Shown: positions 30,242 to 40,689, counted from the first letter of the stretch. The stretch is 64,000 bases of DNA from Candidatus Heimdallarchaeum endolithica (GCA_021513715.1 CP084167.1:1504001-1568000); one strand, 5' to 3'. Notes: generated from the sequence alone by a model not told the origin. Made by a program: numbers and translations.

Positions 30242-31363
30242 ATGAAAATAGGATTATGTTTTTTCCCTAAAGTTGGAGGTTCAGGGATCGCTGCAACTCA
30301 ACTAGCTATTGAATTTGCAAAAAAAGGACATGAAGTCGTCATTTTCACATATGATACACCATTCCTACTTAGACAATCAAGACATGAAAATATAAAATTA
30401 ATGCTTATTGATCTTGTTTCGTATCCTCTTTTCAAAGACATAGGATATCCTTACACAATTTCAAGTGCTAGCAAGTTTGTAGAAGTAATAACAAAAGAAA
30501 AACTTGATGTTTTAAACGTACATTATGCTATTCCAGCAGGTGTTTCTGCTTATTTGGCAAAAGAAATAACAGGTATCCCAGTAGGAATCACAGCTCATGG
30601 AAGCGACATTCACATCTTAGGGATTGATCCTGCTTACAATTCTGTTATGAGCCATGTTTTCAAAAAAACTGATGGGATTTCTACTGTTTCAAAATATATG
30701 AAAAAAGAGATCTTCAAAAACTTCTTAGAAGATAATAACAAGATCCATGTTATCTACAATCCGATTGATACTGAAAGGTTCAAAAACCAAGAAGTGATAC
30801 AATGTGACTTTAAAAAGTTGTACAACAACTATTTTATTCATGTTTCGAATTTCAGGAAAGTCAAAAATGCTCCCTTTATCGTAGAAGCTTTTTCAGAAGT
30901 AGTTAAAGAGAATAACGATGTTGGATTAATAATGGTTGGAGAAGGACCTGAAAGGAAAGACTGTGAGATCATTGCAAAAAATCTTGGAATTGAAGAACAT
31001 GTTTTATTTCAAGGAGTTAGATATAACCTTACACCACTTTACAGTTGTTCTTCTGCTTTAATAAGCGCAAGCGAGAATGAAAGTTTTGGTTTAACATTAG
31101 CTGAAGCGATGGCTTGTGAAACGCCTGTTATAGCTTCAAGAGTCGGAGGAATACCTGAAGTTGTAAAAGACAGAGAAACAGGTTTATTATATGATTATGG
31201 TAATAAAGAACAACTAGTGAAACATATGTTTACATTATTAGAAAATAAAGAATTAGCTAAGAAAATGGGTTTAAAAGGAAGAAAAAGAGTATTAGAGAAC
31301 TTCAGATTCGACAAAATTGCAGACCAATATATAAAATGGTATGAAACTCTAATCAAAAGATAA
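30242..31363 (+). CDS. bshA: N-acetyl-alpha-D-glucosaminyl L-malate synthase (GT4)
   Basis: CFFPKVGGSGIAATQLA, YPLF, HYAIP, HGSDI, HVSNFRKVK, ESFGL: BshA-specific pattern. Confidence 0.9.
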   Translation: MKIGLCFFPKVGGSGIAATQLAIEFAKKGHEVVIFTYDTPFLLRQSRHENIKLMLIDLVSYPLFKDIGYPYTISSASKFVEVITKEKLDVLNVHYAIPAGVSAYLAKEITGIPVGITAHGSDIHILGIDPAYNSVMSHVFKKTDGISTVSKYMKKEIFKNFLEDNNKIHVIYNPIDTERFKNQEVIQCDFKKLYNNYFIHVSNFRKVKNAPFIVEAFSEVVKENNDVGLIMVGEGPERKDCEIIAKNLGIEEHVLFQGVRYNLTPLYSCSSALISASENESFGLTLAEAMACETPVIASRVGGIPEVVKDRETGLLYDYGNKEQLVKHMFTLLENKELAKKMGLKGRKRVLENFRFDKIADQYIKWYETLIKR

Positions 31364-31400
31364 TTTTCTAAGTTGATTTTCACTTTTTTAGGGAAATCAA

Positions 31401-33035
31401 CTAGATATGAGTATTTAAGAATTGAATCCCACCTACAGGAGAGTATTTTGAATATTGACGTTTATAAGCTCTTAAATAATCTGACAAACCAGTTATACTG
31501 GCTAGACAGAACCAAGGATAACTAACTTCTTGCCAAGTTTTTTTACTATTATACATTCCCCATTGCCAAGATTTTAATAAGGAAACTTTTGAAGTTGGTG
31601 ATTCATTCACTTTTTTCATTTTTTCTAACTTTTCAAGTATCAGAGTTCTAAGATTTTTTGCATTTTCAAAAAGTCTGTCTTTTTCATTTTTCCTCTTCGC
31701 TTTTGACATTTGCCCAAGAAGTTTAAATAATTCTGGTTTAATTAAACTATATTCACCCAATTCTGGAGAGTTACTCATTTCTTCTATCCAATTGGAGTTA
31801 TAGACCATTCTTGTATATTTTAGTAATATAGGAAATCTCACGCCCACACGTCTAATTGCAGGGATAACCTGAGCATTATAATTTATTTCACCAGGTCCAG
31901 AAACTCTCAAATAAACAGGCATGACAGATTGAAATGTTGCTTGATTTGTATCTAATCTTGCTGCTAGATTTTTTGCATAGGGATCTAAATTCAATTGCTC
32001 TTTATCAATATCGAAGTGTATTTTTTGTCCGTCAAGTTTGCATTTTCCAGAAAATATTAGAGCATCTTTTTCTTCTTTGCATGATAAAACAACTCTATGT
32101 CCATTTTCACATTCATAGAAAAAGGGAGAATAACTATCTTCTTTTTTTGGAGTTGTAGGGCGAAAGCCTAAAGAAAGAAGTTTGTTAGAAGCTCTATTAA
32201 ACTCTTCAATATATTCAACCCTGTTTTTAAGAATAGGTTTGTATCCCTTTACAAGTAGTTCTCTAATTTCGGGATGTGATGTTGGAAACAATATTAATCC
32301 CCAATCGTTAATAATATTAGCTTGAACCCCATAAATTAAGGCAATCCAATCACCAAAAGAATAAGAAGAACGGTAAGTTTCTCTCATGAATGTGAGTATA
32401 TGTTCAACTCTCTCAAAAAACAGATTTTGTTTTTCTTTGGGTAGAAGAGAGCGAAATTCAAAAAATATGTTCTTTATTATCCCTAAATTCTCATTTAACC
32501 AATCAAACTTTTTCATTGGAATTGCAAAAGAGGCAATATTTTCTTGAATACCAGTTAAAGAAATAGGTTTAGTAAATGATGATTGAGCATTTGGTATGTG
32601 GATTGTTGCGATTTCTGGTTGGATTACATCATGTGTATTAACCAGAAAAACGGGTGATAAACGTCTTCCGTATTCATTACTTAATTCTGAAAGTGCGATT
32701 GTAGCAGCAATTTTATTCCCAATTAAACTTACCCCCCCAAAAATTGTTGCTTGTTGACCAGCTAGGACAACACCATTATTAATGTTATCAATATTGAATT
32801 TTACAGTTTCTGTAAGTAAACCTAATTTTTCATGATATGCTAGTAAAATTCTTTTTAGAGAGTCAATGGTTTTTTCTTCTATATATACTTCAGGAAGTTT
32901 ACTTGCTTTTTCCAAGGCTTCATGAAAATTTTTGGGTACATAATTATAAAAATACTCTAAATCTGGATTTTTTTTATCTTCCCAAATGTATGATGAATAT
33001 AAATCTCCTGCAGTATTCATTAAAAAATTAAACAA
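31401..33035 (-). CDS. bshC: Bacillithiol biosynthesis cysteine-adding enzyme BshC-like
   Basis: VLAGQQATIFGG, THD..EI, SGPGEINYNAQ motifs; 544 aa; convergent with bshA. Confidence 0.8.
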   Translation of the reverse strand: MFNFLMNTAGDLYSSYIWEDKKNPDLEYFYNYVPKNFHEALEKASKLPEVYIEEKTIDSLKRILLAYHEKLGLLTETVKFNIDNINNGVVLAGQQATIFGGVSLIGNKIAATIALSELSNEYGRRLSPVFLVNTHDVIQPEIATIHIPNAQSSFTKPISLTGIQENIASFAIPMKKFDWLNENLGIIKNIFFEFRSLLPKEKQNLFFERVEHILTFMRETYRSSYSFGDWIALIYGVQANIINDWGLILFPTSHPEIRELLVKGYKPILKNRVEYIEEFNRASNKLLSLGFRPTTPKKEDSYSPFFYECENGHRVVLSCKEEKDALIFSGKCKLDGQKIHFDIDKEQLNLDPYAKNLAARLDTNQATFQSVMPVYLRVSGPGEINYNAQVIPAIRRVGVRFPILLKYTRMVYNSNWIEEMSNSPELGEYSLIKPELFKLLGQMSKAKRKNEKDRLFENAKNLRTLILEKLEKMKKVNESPTSKVSLLKSWQWGMYNSKKTWQEVSYPWFCLASITGLSDYLRAYKRQYSKYSPVGGIQFLNTHI

Positions 33036-33289
33036 ATAGATAGATAAGAATGTTCTGTTACGACAAAATATTCATCATATTAAAGAATAGAGGATTTCAT
33101 TTTTAATGTTCTTTATTTTTTTGTTTTGGTTCATTTAAAATTCATTTTTTTAGAATCGTCCCTTTTTAAAGAAAATAACAATTACTGTCTAAAAACACTC
33201 AAAATTTAACTAATTATTCATTATTTGTATTTTCTTTGCCTAAACAAGATAGTCACTCTTGCAAAAAAGTTTTAAATGAATAATTCTTA

Positions 33290-33490
33290 ATGTCTCAAGA
33301 AGAAAATCGAAGTTTTCTTAAAGGTGAGAAAATGGCAAGAGTAGAATGTCCTAAATGTAAGAGTTTAAATGTAAAAGAGGTAGAAGACAAGAGTAAAGTG
33401 ATTGCATACTTTAATCACGTACCAGTCTACAAGAAAAAGATTGTTTGTAAAGACTGTACGTATGAATGGTATCCTGATGAGAAAGAATAG
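33290..33490 (+). CDS. Small zinc-ribbon protein
   Basis: CPKC...CKDC..EW; likely starts at the second Met (33332) after a ggtga SD-like motif. Confidence 0.75.
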   Translation: MSQEENRSFLKGEKMARVECPKCKSLNVKEVEDKSKVIAYFNHVPVYKKKIVCKDCTYEWYPDEKE

Positions 33491-33555
33491 AAATACTCTA
33501 CCTTTAAAACTTTTTTTTATAATTTTCAACAGCCCATATTATTTTTGTTAAAACT

Positions 33556-34278
33556 TTAAAAGCCTTTTGACAACCTATTTATTAAAAATTTATTAAATCC
33601 TTTTTCTTTCATTTTTTCTTGAGTGGTTTCAACATCATATTTTAATCTAACGAGTTCATAGTCAAAATTCAATGTTTCTTCATCTATATTGAAAACCATA
33701 AAAGAGGCTCGAGGATCACCATCTCTTGGTTGTCCAACTGAACCAGGATTAAAAAGGTGTTTTCTTCCAACAACAATATGTAAAGGTTTATGTGTATGAC
33801 CCAAAAACAAAAAATCTATTTCTGTAAAATCATTGGATATTTCAAAAAAGACTGTATATGTCCATGAAGGAAGGTCTGGGCTGACATAATCTTTTAGAGG
33901 GCTTCTTGGGGAACCATGTACAAACATCGCATTTTCTCCACTCTTACTAAAAGGAAAAATAGAATAAAATGGAAGTGAACCTAATTTCTTTTTTTCATAA
34001 TCGGTTAGTATATCTCTTGTCCAGAAGAAAGATTCTCTTGGGATTTCGTTAAAATGCTCGTATTCGTTTTTATAAACAGCATAATCCCAATTTCCTATAA
34101 TTTGGATATTAGCCTTTTTTTCAATTAAATGCAAGCATTCTCTAGGATTAGGTCCATATCCAACTATATCACCTAATGAAATAATAATGTCAGGAGACAA
34201 ATCATCAATGTAATCTAGCACAGTGGTTAAAGCCTCTAGATTACTGTGAATATCTGAAATAATTGCGTAAGTTTTCAT
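33556..34278 (-). CDS. Metallophosphoesterase (YfcE/calcineurin-like family)
   Basis: SDIHSN, LGDIVGYG, GNWD, HGSP, GHTH, NPGSVGQPRDG. Confidence 0.92.
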   Translation of the reverse strand: MKTYAIISDIHSNLEALTTVLDYIDDLSPDIIISLGDIVGYGPNPRECLHLIEKKANIQIIGNWDYAVYKNEYEHFNEIPRESFFWTRDILTDYEKKKLGSLPFYSIFPFSKSGENAMFVHGSPRSPLKDYVSPDLPSWTYTVFFEISNDFTEIDFLFLGHTHKPLHIVVGRKHLFNPGSVGQPRDGDPRASFMVFNIDEETLNFDYELVRLKYDVETTQEKMKEKGFNKFLINRLSKGF

Positions 34279-34347
34279 TAGTTGACACTTATAATTGGAG
34301 AAATGGAATTCAATATTTAAAAATTTTTAAGGTACAATTAAACGAAT

Positions 34348-35357
34348 TGTTTACTCAATAGACTTGGGTTACACTTTTGGGTACTAGAGAAACATAGGGG
34401 TGATTCATAAATCTTTCTCCTGGGGTGAGGAAGTTAAGAGATTGGTGAGGACGACTAAAATTGTAGTAAGAGCGATAGTAGGAGAGGTCGGGGTTGCAGT
34501 ATTTTAGACCTAATCTTTCCATCTCACGGATGATTGTCCCATGTAGTCTTTCTACTTTTCCACATGTTTCAGGGTGAAAAACTCTAGCTCTGATGTGCTT
34601 TATTCCTTCTGTTTGACACCAACGGGAGAAGGTACTTGTTCCTCCTCTAACGGAAGAGAAGAGTGCTCCATTGTCAGTAAGTATAGACTCGGGGTAACCG
34701 TACTCTTTTATTGCTTCCTCTAGCAAACTTATTATCTGCTCTTTTTTTGGTGCAAAAGGGTGGAATTCAGCTCCCAGACAGAATCGTGAGTGGTCGTCTA
34801 TCAAGGTTATGAGGTGGAGATGTTGTCCCTGTTCTTCTACCCAGAATGGTCCTTTCACATCTATTTGCCAGAGTTCGTTAGGTTTTTGACGTTCAAAACT
34901 CTTGTATCGAGGTCTTTTCCTCTTTTTTCTATTAACCCATAAAGGAAGACCTAACTCTTTTATTACTTTCGTCACTGTCGTCTGAGAGAGTGCTTTTCCT
35001 TCTCTCTTCAACAAATAAGCTATCTTCTCCACATTCATTCCTTGTTTTATTCTTAACTCCCTTATCCTCTCTTTTAACTCCTCATCTACTTTCCTGTGTA
35101 TAGTTTTTGGTCTGGAAGATCTATCTTTCCACCATACTCCTTCAGGGTTCTCTCTGAACCTCTTCAACCACTTATACACAAACTTCCTACTCACCATATA
35201 CTTGTGAGCTACCTCTTTTATCTTCTCTCCTTCCAAAGCTTTTTTAACCACAATCTTTCTTAGTTTCTCCAGGTTACGTTCGTTTTTGTTCATAATATAT
35301 CACTTACCCACGTAACCCACTTCTATTTATTTGTTACCAATGTGAGTTGAGTATACA
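34348..35357 (-). mobile_element. Complete IS481-family insertion sequence (1010 bp)
   Basis: TGT...ACA termini with imperfect 26-bp IRs (19/26 match); flanked by the direct repeat gtacaattaaacgaat at 34332-34347 and 35358-35373. Confidence 0.93.
34355..35293 (-). CDS. IS481-family transposase (HTH plus rve DDE core)
   Basis: WQIDVK, IDDHSRF, LTDNG, GKVERLH, YNFSRPHQSL. Confidence 0.95.
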   Translation of the reverse strand: MNKNERNLEKLRKIVVKKALEGEKIKEVAHKYMVSRKFVYKWLKRFRENPEGVWWKDRSSRPKTIHRKVDEELKERIRELRIKQGMNVEKIAYLLKREGKALSQTTVTKVIKELGLPLWVNRKKRKRPRYKSFERQKPNELWQIDVKGPFWVEEQGQHLHLITLIDDHSRFCLGAEFHPFAPKKEQIISLLEEAIKEYGYPESILTDNGALFSSVRGGTSTFSRWCQTEGIKHIRARVFHPETCGKVERLHGTIIREMERLGLKYCNPDLSYYRSYYNFSRPHQSLNFLTPGERFMNHPYVSLVPKSVTQVY

Positions 35358-35407
35358 GTACAATTAAACGAATAAAAAAGAATAAAAGTAACAAAGTTTT
35401 CAAAAGG

Positions 35408-37840
35408 TTGAATAAGATGGCATTCAATGATTTATTAATTTATTTTTGGTCTTATATTACATCAGATACTAGAATAGTCTTAGGGCTTTTAATTGCGTTA
35501 ATTGGGTTTATTTTCCTAATTTCAGAAATATATACGAAACTAAAACATGATACAACAAGTGAAAATATGGTTTTATCCGCGATAGGATTAACATTTGGTT
35601 TAATTTTATTTTTCCTGCAGGATTGGCTAATTGCAATCGCATTTAGTTTTTTCATTTTAGCAGTATATCAAACATGGCAACTAAGAGAGTCTCCTGTGTG
35701 GAGAGAACTAATGATTACTTCAGTAGCTACATATTTTGTTTTTTTAGTTGGAACTGTTGCTGACAAGATATATGAAATTGTGAAAGGAGAAGAAACAGAA
35801 ATATTCACTGGATGGGCATACAATTTAATGATTTATGTTTTCCTTATCATGGCTTTAATATTCTTTGGGAAAAAGTTCATTTTAGTTACAAGGTTTATGT
35901 CTCCGCAAATCTTGTATCTAACACTGTTTGCATTTGCTTACCTTGCTTTATGGACAGTTGGTAAATTTATCCCTAATTTTGATAATCTTACATTAAACTA
36001 TTTGCCAATAAATCCTGAAATTTCAAAAAGAATTATTTTTCTTTCTTTTGGACCTTATGAAATAATAATCATTTTATCATTTTTCTTATATTTTATTTCA
36101 GGGTGGCTTCTTGACGTACTATTAGGTATAAAGCGTACAGAAGATGAGAGATTAAGAAGACTTGTGAATGAAGTAAAAGAAAGATTAGAAATTAAAAAAG
36201 AAATTAAGATTGGAACAGTGAAAGCACCTATTCTCAATGCAATGGCATATGGGCCGTTTTTTGACCAAAGAGTGGCTTTTATTTCTAATGATTTAAACGA
36301 ATTTAGCGATGATGATATCAGAGGAATTGTTGCACATGAGCTAGCACACAATAAAAGAGCTCATGTCATTTGGTTACAAGTCATTTCATCGATGGAAATG
36401 ATAATAAAAAAAGCGTTTCTACTCCCAGCAACAACTCTAGATTATGCAGTAGTAAAAGAAAATATTCCTTTCATTCAATACTTCTTTCTTAGTTATGGGA
36501 TTATTGCTTTTTTAATGATATTTGTTAGAATTATGGAAGGAGATGCAGATAGAAAAACAAAGGAAGTAGGATATGGAAAAGAACTAGCGCAAGCATTATA
36601 CAAATTAGAAGGATTTTATCAAGGAATAGCTGGTGATTTTGGACTAAATGTTCAATTGTTAACTGGAAAAGAATTTACTGAATCTGAAAAACTTCGTTTT
36701 AGGGGAGAAGCAGCTATTTCTCTTTACACTCAATTATACAAACCTAGTAGATGGGCAATGTTCTCTAATATTTTCATGTCTCATCCTAGAACATCATTCA
36801 GAATCGTAGCAGCTATTGATGACAGTTTATCCCCAGTAAAAGGTGCCTTACTACCATATTGGTTAATTCTTCCCAACTTTATAAGAAAAAAAGCAGTAAA
36901 AAATCTAACTAAAAAAAGAGATACTTTTGATGAACTAATATCTAGTAGATTCAGGGAGTATTATGGGAGTGAAGGAGTAAAGCAATTCCTAGAGATTACC
37001 CATTTTAATGAGCTATACCAACCTTATTTTGGAAAAAATGTTGTAGCGTTTGACAAAACTGAAAATGTCATTATTTCAGGTAAAGCAAAAGAATTAATAA
37101 TTAAAGAATCTATTTGTCGTCCCTTACAATTGCTTATTGTTACAGAAATAGAAGAAAAACCGATATATGTAACTGATTACATCATTAATGAAGCAGAAAC
37201 AGGTGAAAAGTACATACTAAAGAATGGAAAGATGGGAGAATTAAAATCCTACATTGTCAAAGAGAAAAGCAACAGACCTATTTTCATTCTAATTGATCAT
37301 AAAGGAAAAGAAATCGAAAGTTATTCAACAGGAAAATCACTCGAATACTTACTATCTAAAGTTAACCAACAAATATTCATTTACAAAGATGGAATTGATC
37401 AAATTACTAAATTATCAAACATTAATGTTGCTGAAACTTATGACGAAACAATTTTTGAGTTTGAAGAAGCAAGTGGAAAACTTTTCTCAATAAAAGGAAA
37501 AGAGCTTATCATTGAATTTCCTCCAGTTCTATTAAGGATTAGAGGTAAAAACAATGAATTGCGCCATCAGCTACTAGAAGGATTAGAAGGTATGTCAGTT
37601 ATTTTGTACACAAAAGAGGAGATAGAAGTAGGAATAGCTTGCAAGATCAAAGGTATTGAAGAAGACAAATTAACTTATGAGACCAGAGAAGGCGAGAATA
37701 AAGTACAAATAAATAAAATTGACTATGTTACTGTATATGCAGACAAACCAAAAGTGTTTTTGAAAAAGCACTTAAGCGCTATAGATAGATTTTTTATCTG
37801 GTGGGAGAATAAAAATAATGATAAATACATTTTTCCATAA
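35408..37840 (+). CDS. M48 (HtpX/Ste24-like) integral membrane zinc metalloprotease with long C-terminal extension
   Basis: Many N-terminal TM helices, NAMA, HELAH, EGDAD, LAQALYKL, MSHP. Confidence 0.85.
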   Translation: MNKMAFNDLLIYFWSYITSDTRIVLGLLIALIGFIFLISEIYTKLKHDTTSENMVLSAIGLTFGLILFFLQDWLIAIAFSFFILAVYQTWQLRESPVWRELMITSVATYFVFLVGTVADKIYEIVKGEETEIFTGWAYNLMIYVFLIMALIFFGKKFILVTRFMSPQILYLTLFAFAYLALWTVGKFIPNFDNLTLNYLPINPEISKRIIFLSFGPYEIIIILSFFLYFISGWLLDVLLGIKRTEDERLRRLVNEVKERLEIKKEIKIGTVKAPILNAMAYGPFFDQRVAFISNDLNEFSDDDIRGIVAHELAHNKRAHVIWLQVISSMEMIIKKAFLLPATTLDYAVVKENIPFIQYFFLSYGIIAFLMIFVRIMEGDADRKTKEVGYGKELAQALYKLEGFYQGIAGDFGLNVQLLTGKEFTESEKLRFRGEAAISLYTQLYKPSRWAMFSNIFMSHPRTSFRIVAAIDDSLSPVKGALLPYWLILPNFIRKKAVKNLTKKRDTFDELISSRFREYYGSEGVKQFLEITHFNELYQPYFGKNVVAFDKTENVIISGKAKELIIKESICRPLQLLIVTEIEEKPIYVTDYIINEAETGEKYILKNGKMGELKSYIVKEKSNRPIFILIDHKGKEIESYSTGKSLEYLLSKVNQQIFIYKDGIDQITKLSNINVAETYDETIFEFEEASGKLFSIKGKELIIEFPPVLLRIRGKNNELRHQLLEGLEGMSVILYTKEEIEVGIACKIKGIEEDKLTYETREGENKVQINKIDYVTVYADKPKVFLKKHLSAIDRFFIWWENKNNDKYIFP

Positions 37841-37948
37841 CTTATTTGCATTTTTTATTATTTAATTTTCTTTTTTTTTGTCGATAGATATTATTGTGAT
37901 ATTATTTCAATAATTCTTAATAATTTAAATAATCTTTAAAACATTTAA

Positions 37949-38308
37949 TTGAGACCTATGGAAGCCAAACAAGTACTAAGAGATCAATTTAATGAAAGAA
38001 AGCTCAATATAAGTGAAAATGTTAGAATAAGAATGGGAAGAAAGGATTATAGAGTAGACTTTTATTTAAAAGATTATAAAATAGGAATTATAACTTTAGA
38101 CTGGAATAGAACCATCCCAGTAAGTAAAATTTTGCAGTTAGAAAGAGTAAAACAAGCATTAAAATTAAAGAAACTAATCTTAGTATGTAATTCAATCAGC
38201 GAAAATGCAAAGGAATTTTTAACATACAGAAATCAAATCAACATACAAGTTGTTCATTCTTCAGAAATAGAGAAATTAGAAAGAAAAATTGATGATTTCG
38301 TTAGTTAA
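37949..38308 (+). CDS. Mrr-like PD-(D/E)XK-fold protein, probably degenerate
   Basis: 'YRVDFYL...DWNRTIPVSKI...LILVCNSISENAKEF' resembles Mrr_cat but lacks the ExK motif. Confidence 0.5.
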   Translation: MRPMEAKQVLRDQFNERKLNISENVRIRMGRKDYRVDFYLKDYKIGIITLDWNRTIPVSKILQLERVKQALKLKKLILVCNSISENAKEFLTYRNQINIQVVHSSEIEKLERKIDDFVS

Positions 38309-39340
38309 TCACAGATAAAAATCTAAAGTTTTTTGTTTTGTTAGCGGATAAGCATTAAAACCTCTTCTCTTTAGTTCAGAAGCAAAACAGAGAGAAGAAC
38401 CATAGATTGTATATACTTTTCTGGGATTACATTTTTCTACTATACCAAGTAATTCATTAAAATCAGCATGGTCACTAACAATAATTCCGTGATCAATTGA
38501 CATTTGAAACTTATAGCTGGAAAAATTACACCAACCTGAAAAGGCAAATAATCTCGCATTATATTTTGATTTTAGATTTCGAAGAAACTCATTTCTTCCA
38601 CTAATTAAAGGAGAAAATAAAATCCAGGGTTTCTTATTTTCCAATAAATTATTTTCTCTCATACATTTATATGAATTATAATTAAAACTCAGATTATGGT
38701 TAACAGATTCAAGAATTTTCTGTATCTTTAGGTTAGATTCATGCAAAATAAGATTATCAGAGAGACTTGAAAAATTGTCGTATAATATTTGAGCTTTGCC
38801 ATAAGGATACCCCATCAAAACTACAGGTATATTTTTTAACAAATAGTCTTCAATAAGGTCTTTTGCTCTTTTAATCTCTTCTTCAAATGGTGGAAATTGG
38901 TACTTAGGCTCTCCAAAAGTAGATTCAATGATTAATGTATCACATTTTTTTGGTCGAAAGGGTTCAATTAGTTTTCCTTTTTTTTGAATAGAAACATCAC
39001 CAGTATAAATTACTCTTTTACCGTAAGAATCAATTTGTAAAGCAGTAGAACCTAATGTATGTCCGCTTGAAACTTGACTAAATTTTACTTCTTCGAACTC
39101 CAAATTTCGAACAAAATTATTTGTTTTTAGTTTTGGAAAAAAGTGTTTTATTAAAGCTTCAGTGTAATGACTACTAAGAATAGTTGTATTTTCTAAAACA
39201 TGTCTAGTTGTATGATCAGAGTGGGCATGACTTACAAATAAAAGATCTGTTTTATTTTTCCTTGTAACGTCACAAGCAATAGACCAACCTCTATCAATTA
39301 ATTGAATACCAGAATTCTTTATGATTTTCATTTCAATCAA
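38309..39340 (-). CDS. MBL-fold beta-CASP nuclease
   Basis: SHAHSDH, SGHTLGS, YTGD, IESTFG, GKAQ, SGW, SDHADF. Confidence 0.9.
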   Translation of the reverse strand: MIEMKIIKNSGIQLIDRGWSIACDVTRKNKTDLLFVSHAHSDHTTRHVLENTTILSSHYTEALIKHFFPKLKTNNFVRNLEFEEVKFSQVSSGHTLGSTALQIDSYGKRVIYTGDVSIQKKGKLIEPFRPKKCDTLIIESTFGEPKYQFPPFEEEIKRAKDLIEDYLLKNIPVVLMGYPYGKAQILYDNFSSLSDNLILHESNLKIQKILESVNHNLSFNYNSYKCMRENNLLENKKPWILFSPLISGRNEFLRNLKSKYNARLFAFSGWCNFSSYKFQMSIDHGIIVSDHADFNELLGIVEKCNPRKVYTIYGSSLCFASELKRRGFNAYPLTKQKTLDFYL

Positions 39341-39374
39341 TAAAAAACAAGAATTCTTAAAGAAAAAAAGAGAA

Positions 39375-40025
39375 TTATTGAATGGGTATGGAAACCACCA
39401 TTATGTCTTTCTCATCTACTTCGTCTTTGACTATTTTCTTAATAACATCTTTTGCTAATGTTTCCATCTCTTCAATAGTTAAATCTTCTTTATAGTTTTC
39501 TTTTAGAATAGATATAGCTTCAGTATCTCCTTCTCCTATAGCTTTTGCTTTTACAGAGATTACTCCACCACCAGGATCTACATAATACAAAGATGATCCT
39601 GTGTCATCTACGCCTCCTATCAGCAATCCTACTCCAAAAGGTCTTACTCCTCCTTGTTGTGTATAAAGTTGGCAGTAATCCCCTATTTTTGTAGATAATC
39701 CTTTAATGTCTGTTGGAAGGTCATAGGTCATTCTAAATATTTGAGCTTCTAGTCTTGCTCTTGAAATTAACACTCTTCCATCTGCTGCAACACCAGCAAA
39801 AGTCGCATACACGTTGTCATCTATTTTATGTACTTTAGCATCTGGTTCGTTTAAATCGACAACACGTAGCAATCCAGCTAGAACCACACCATTTTTGCTT
39901 TTTATTCCTACTGCAATGCTTCCTCGTCTTACTGATTCTCTTGCATATTCTACTTGTATTAATCGTCCTTCTGGACTATACATAATTGAAGTTCTATCAT
40001 ATCCCATTGATTGTGGACCTAACAT
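39375..40025 (-). CDS. psmA: 20S proteasome alpha subunit
   Basis: YDR...YSPEGRLIQVEYA, YTQQGGVRPFGV. Confidence 0.96.
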   Translation of the reverse strand: MLGPQSMGYDRTSIMYSPEGRLIQVEYARESVRRGSIAVGIKSKNGVVLAGLLRVVDLNEPDAKVHKIDDNVYATFAGVAADGRVLISRARLEAQIFRMTYDLPTDIKGLSTKIGDYCQLYTQQGGVRPFGVGLLIGGVDDTGSSLYYVDPGGGVISVKAKAIGEGDTEAISILKENYKEDLTIEEMETLAKDVIKKIVKDEVDEKDIMVVSIPIQ

Positions 40026-40026
40026 T

Positions 40027-40689
40027 TTATAACTCCTCCAATATTTTCTTTATTTCTTCTTCAGTTAACCATCGGATTCCGTCTTTGTTTACAACCAATG
40101 CATCCATACCATTACCTGTTGCTGTATCTCTACTAATTGAAGTAGAGAGTGCTCTTAATCCTAGTTTAATAGCTTCCTTTTCTGTAAGATCTTCTTTCCA
40201 GAAAGCTTCTAATACACCATAAGTGAAGAGTGAACCAGAACCTGTAGAAGCGTAGTCTTCATCAATTATTGCTCCTGATGCATCCAAATTGTAAACATGG
40301 GGACCATATTTATCTAGACCACACACTAACATTGCAACATAGAAAGGCATGTAAGATCTAAATTGTTCATATAATACAGAAGCAAGAAGATTACCTGCCA
40401 TTTTTGTTGTAGGAGGATAACCTCTGTTTAGTTCATATAGATTTAAGTTAGCTTTAGTAAGATTAACTAAATATTGGGCATCAGCTACTAAACCAGCGAT
40501 CGTTGCTACTGTATAATCATTTAATTGATGAAGCTTTTTAGCTCTTTTTGAAGCAACGAAGGTTCCTGCAGAAGCTCGTCTATCAGTTGCAACAACAACA
40601 CCATCCTTAAATCTAAGAGCAACAGTTGTTGTCCCTTTCATTGGATTTTCAAATGGATTTTGTTGTCCATAATTATTCATCATATTCAT
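40027..40689 (-). CDS. psmB: 20S proteasome beta subunit
   Basis: Propeptide then KG|TTTV catalytic Thr, DRRAS, TGSGS, RDTATG. Confidence 0.96.
   Translation of the reverse strand: MNMMNNYGQQNPFENPMKGTTTVALRFKDGVVVATDRRASAGTFVASKRAKKLHQLNDYTVATIAGLVADAQYLVNLTKANLNLYELNRGYPPTTKMAGNLLASVLYEQFRSYMPFYVAMLVCGLDKYGPHVYNLDASGAIIDEDYASTGSGSLFTYGVLEAFWKEDLTEKEAIKLGLRALSTSISRDTATGNGMDALVVNKDGIRWLTEEEIKKILEEL

Noticed and set aside
37949-38308. Mrr-like gene as a restriction or defence system
   Set aside because: The catalytic ExK motif is missing and no methylase or other defence genes are adjacent.
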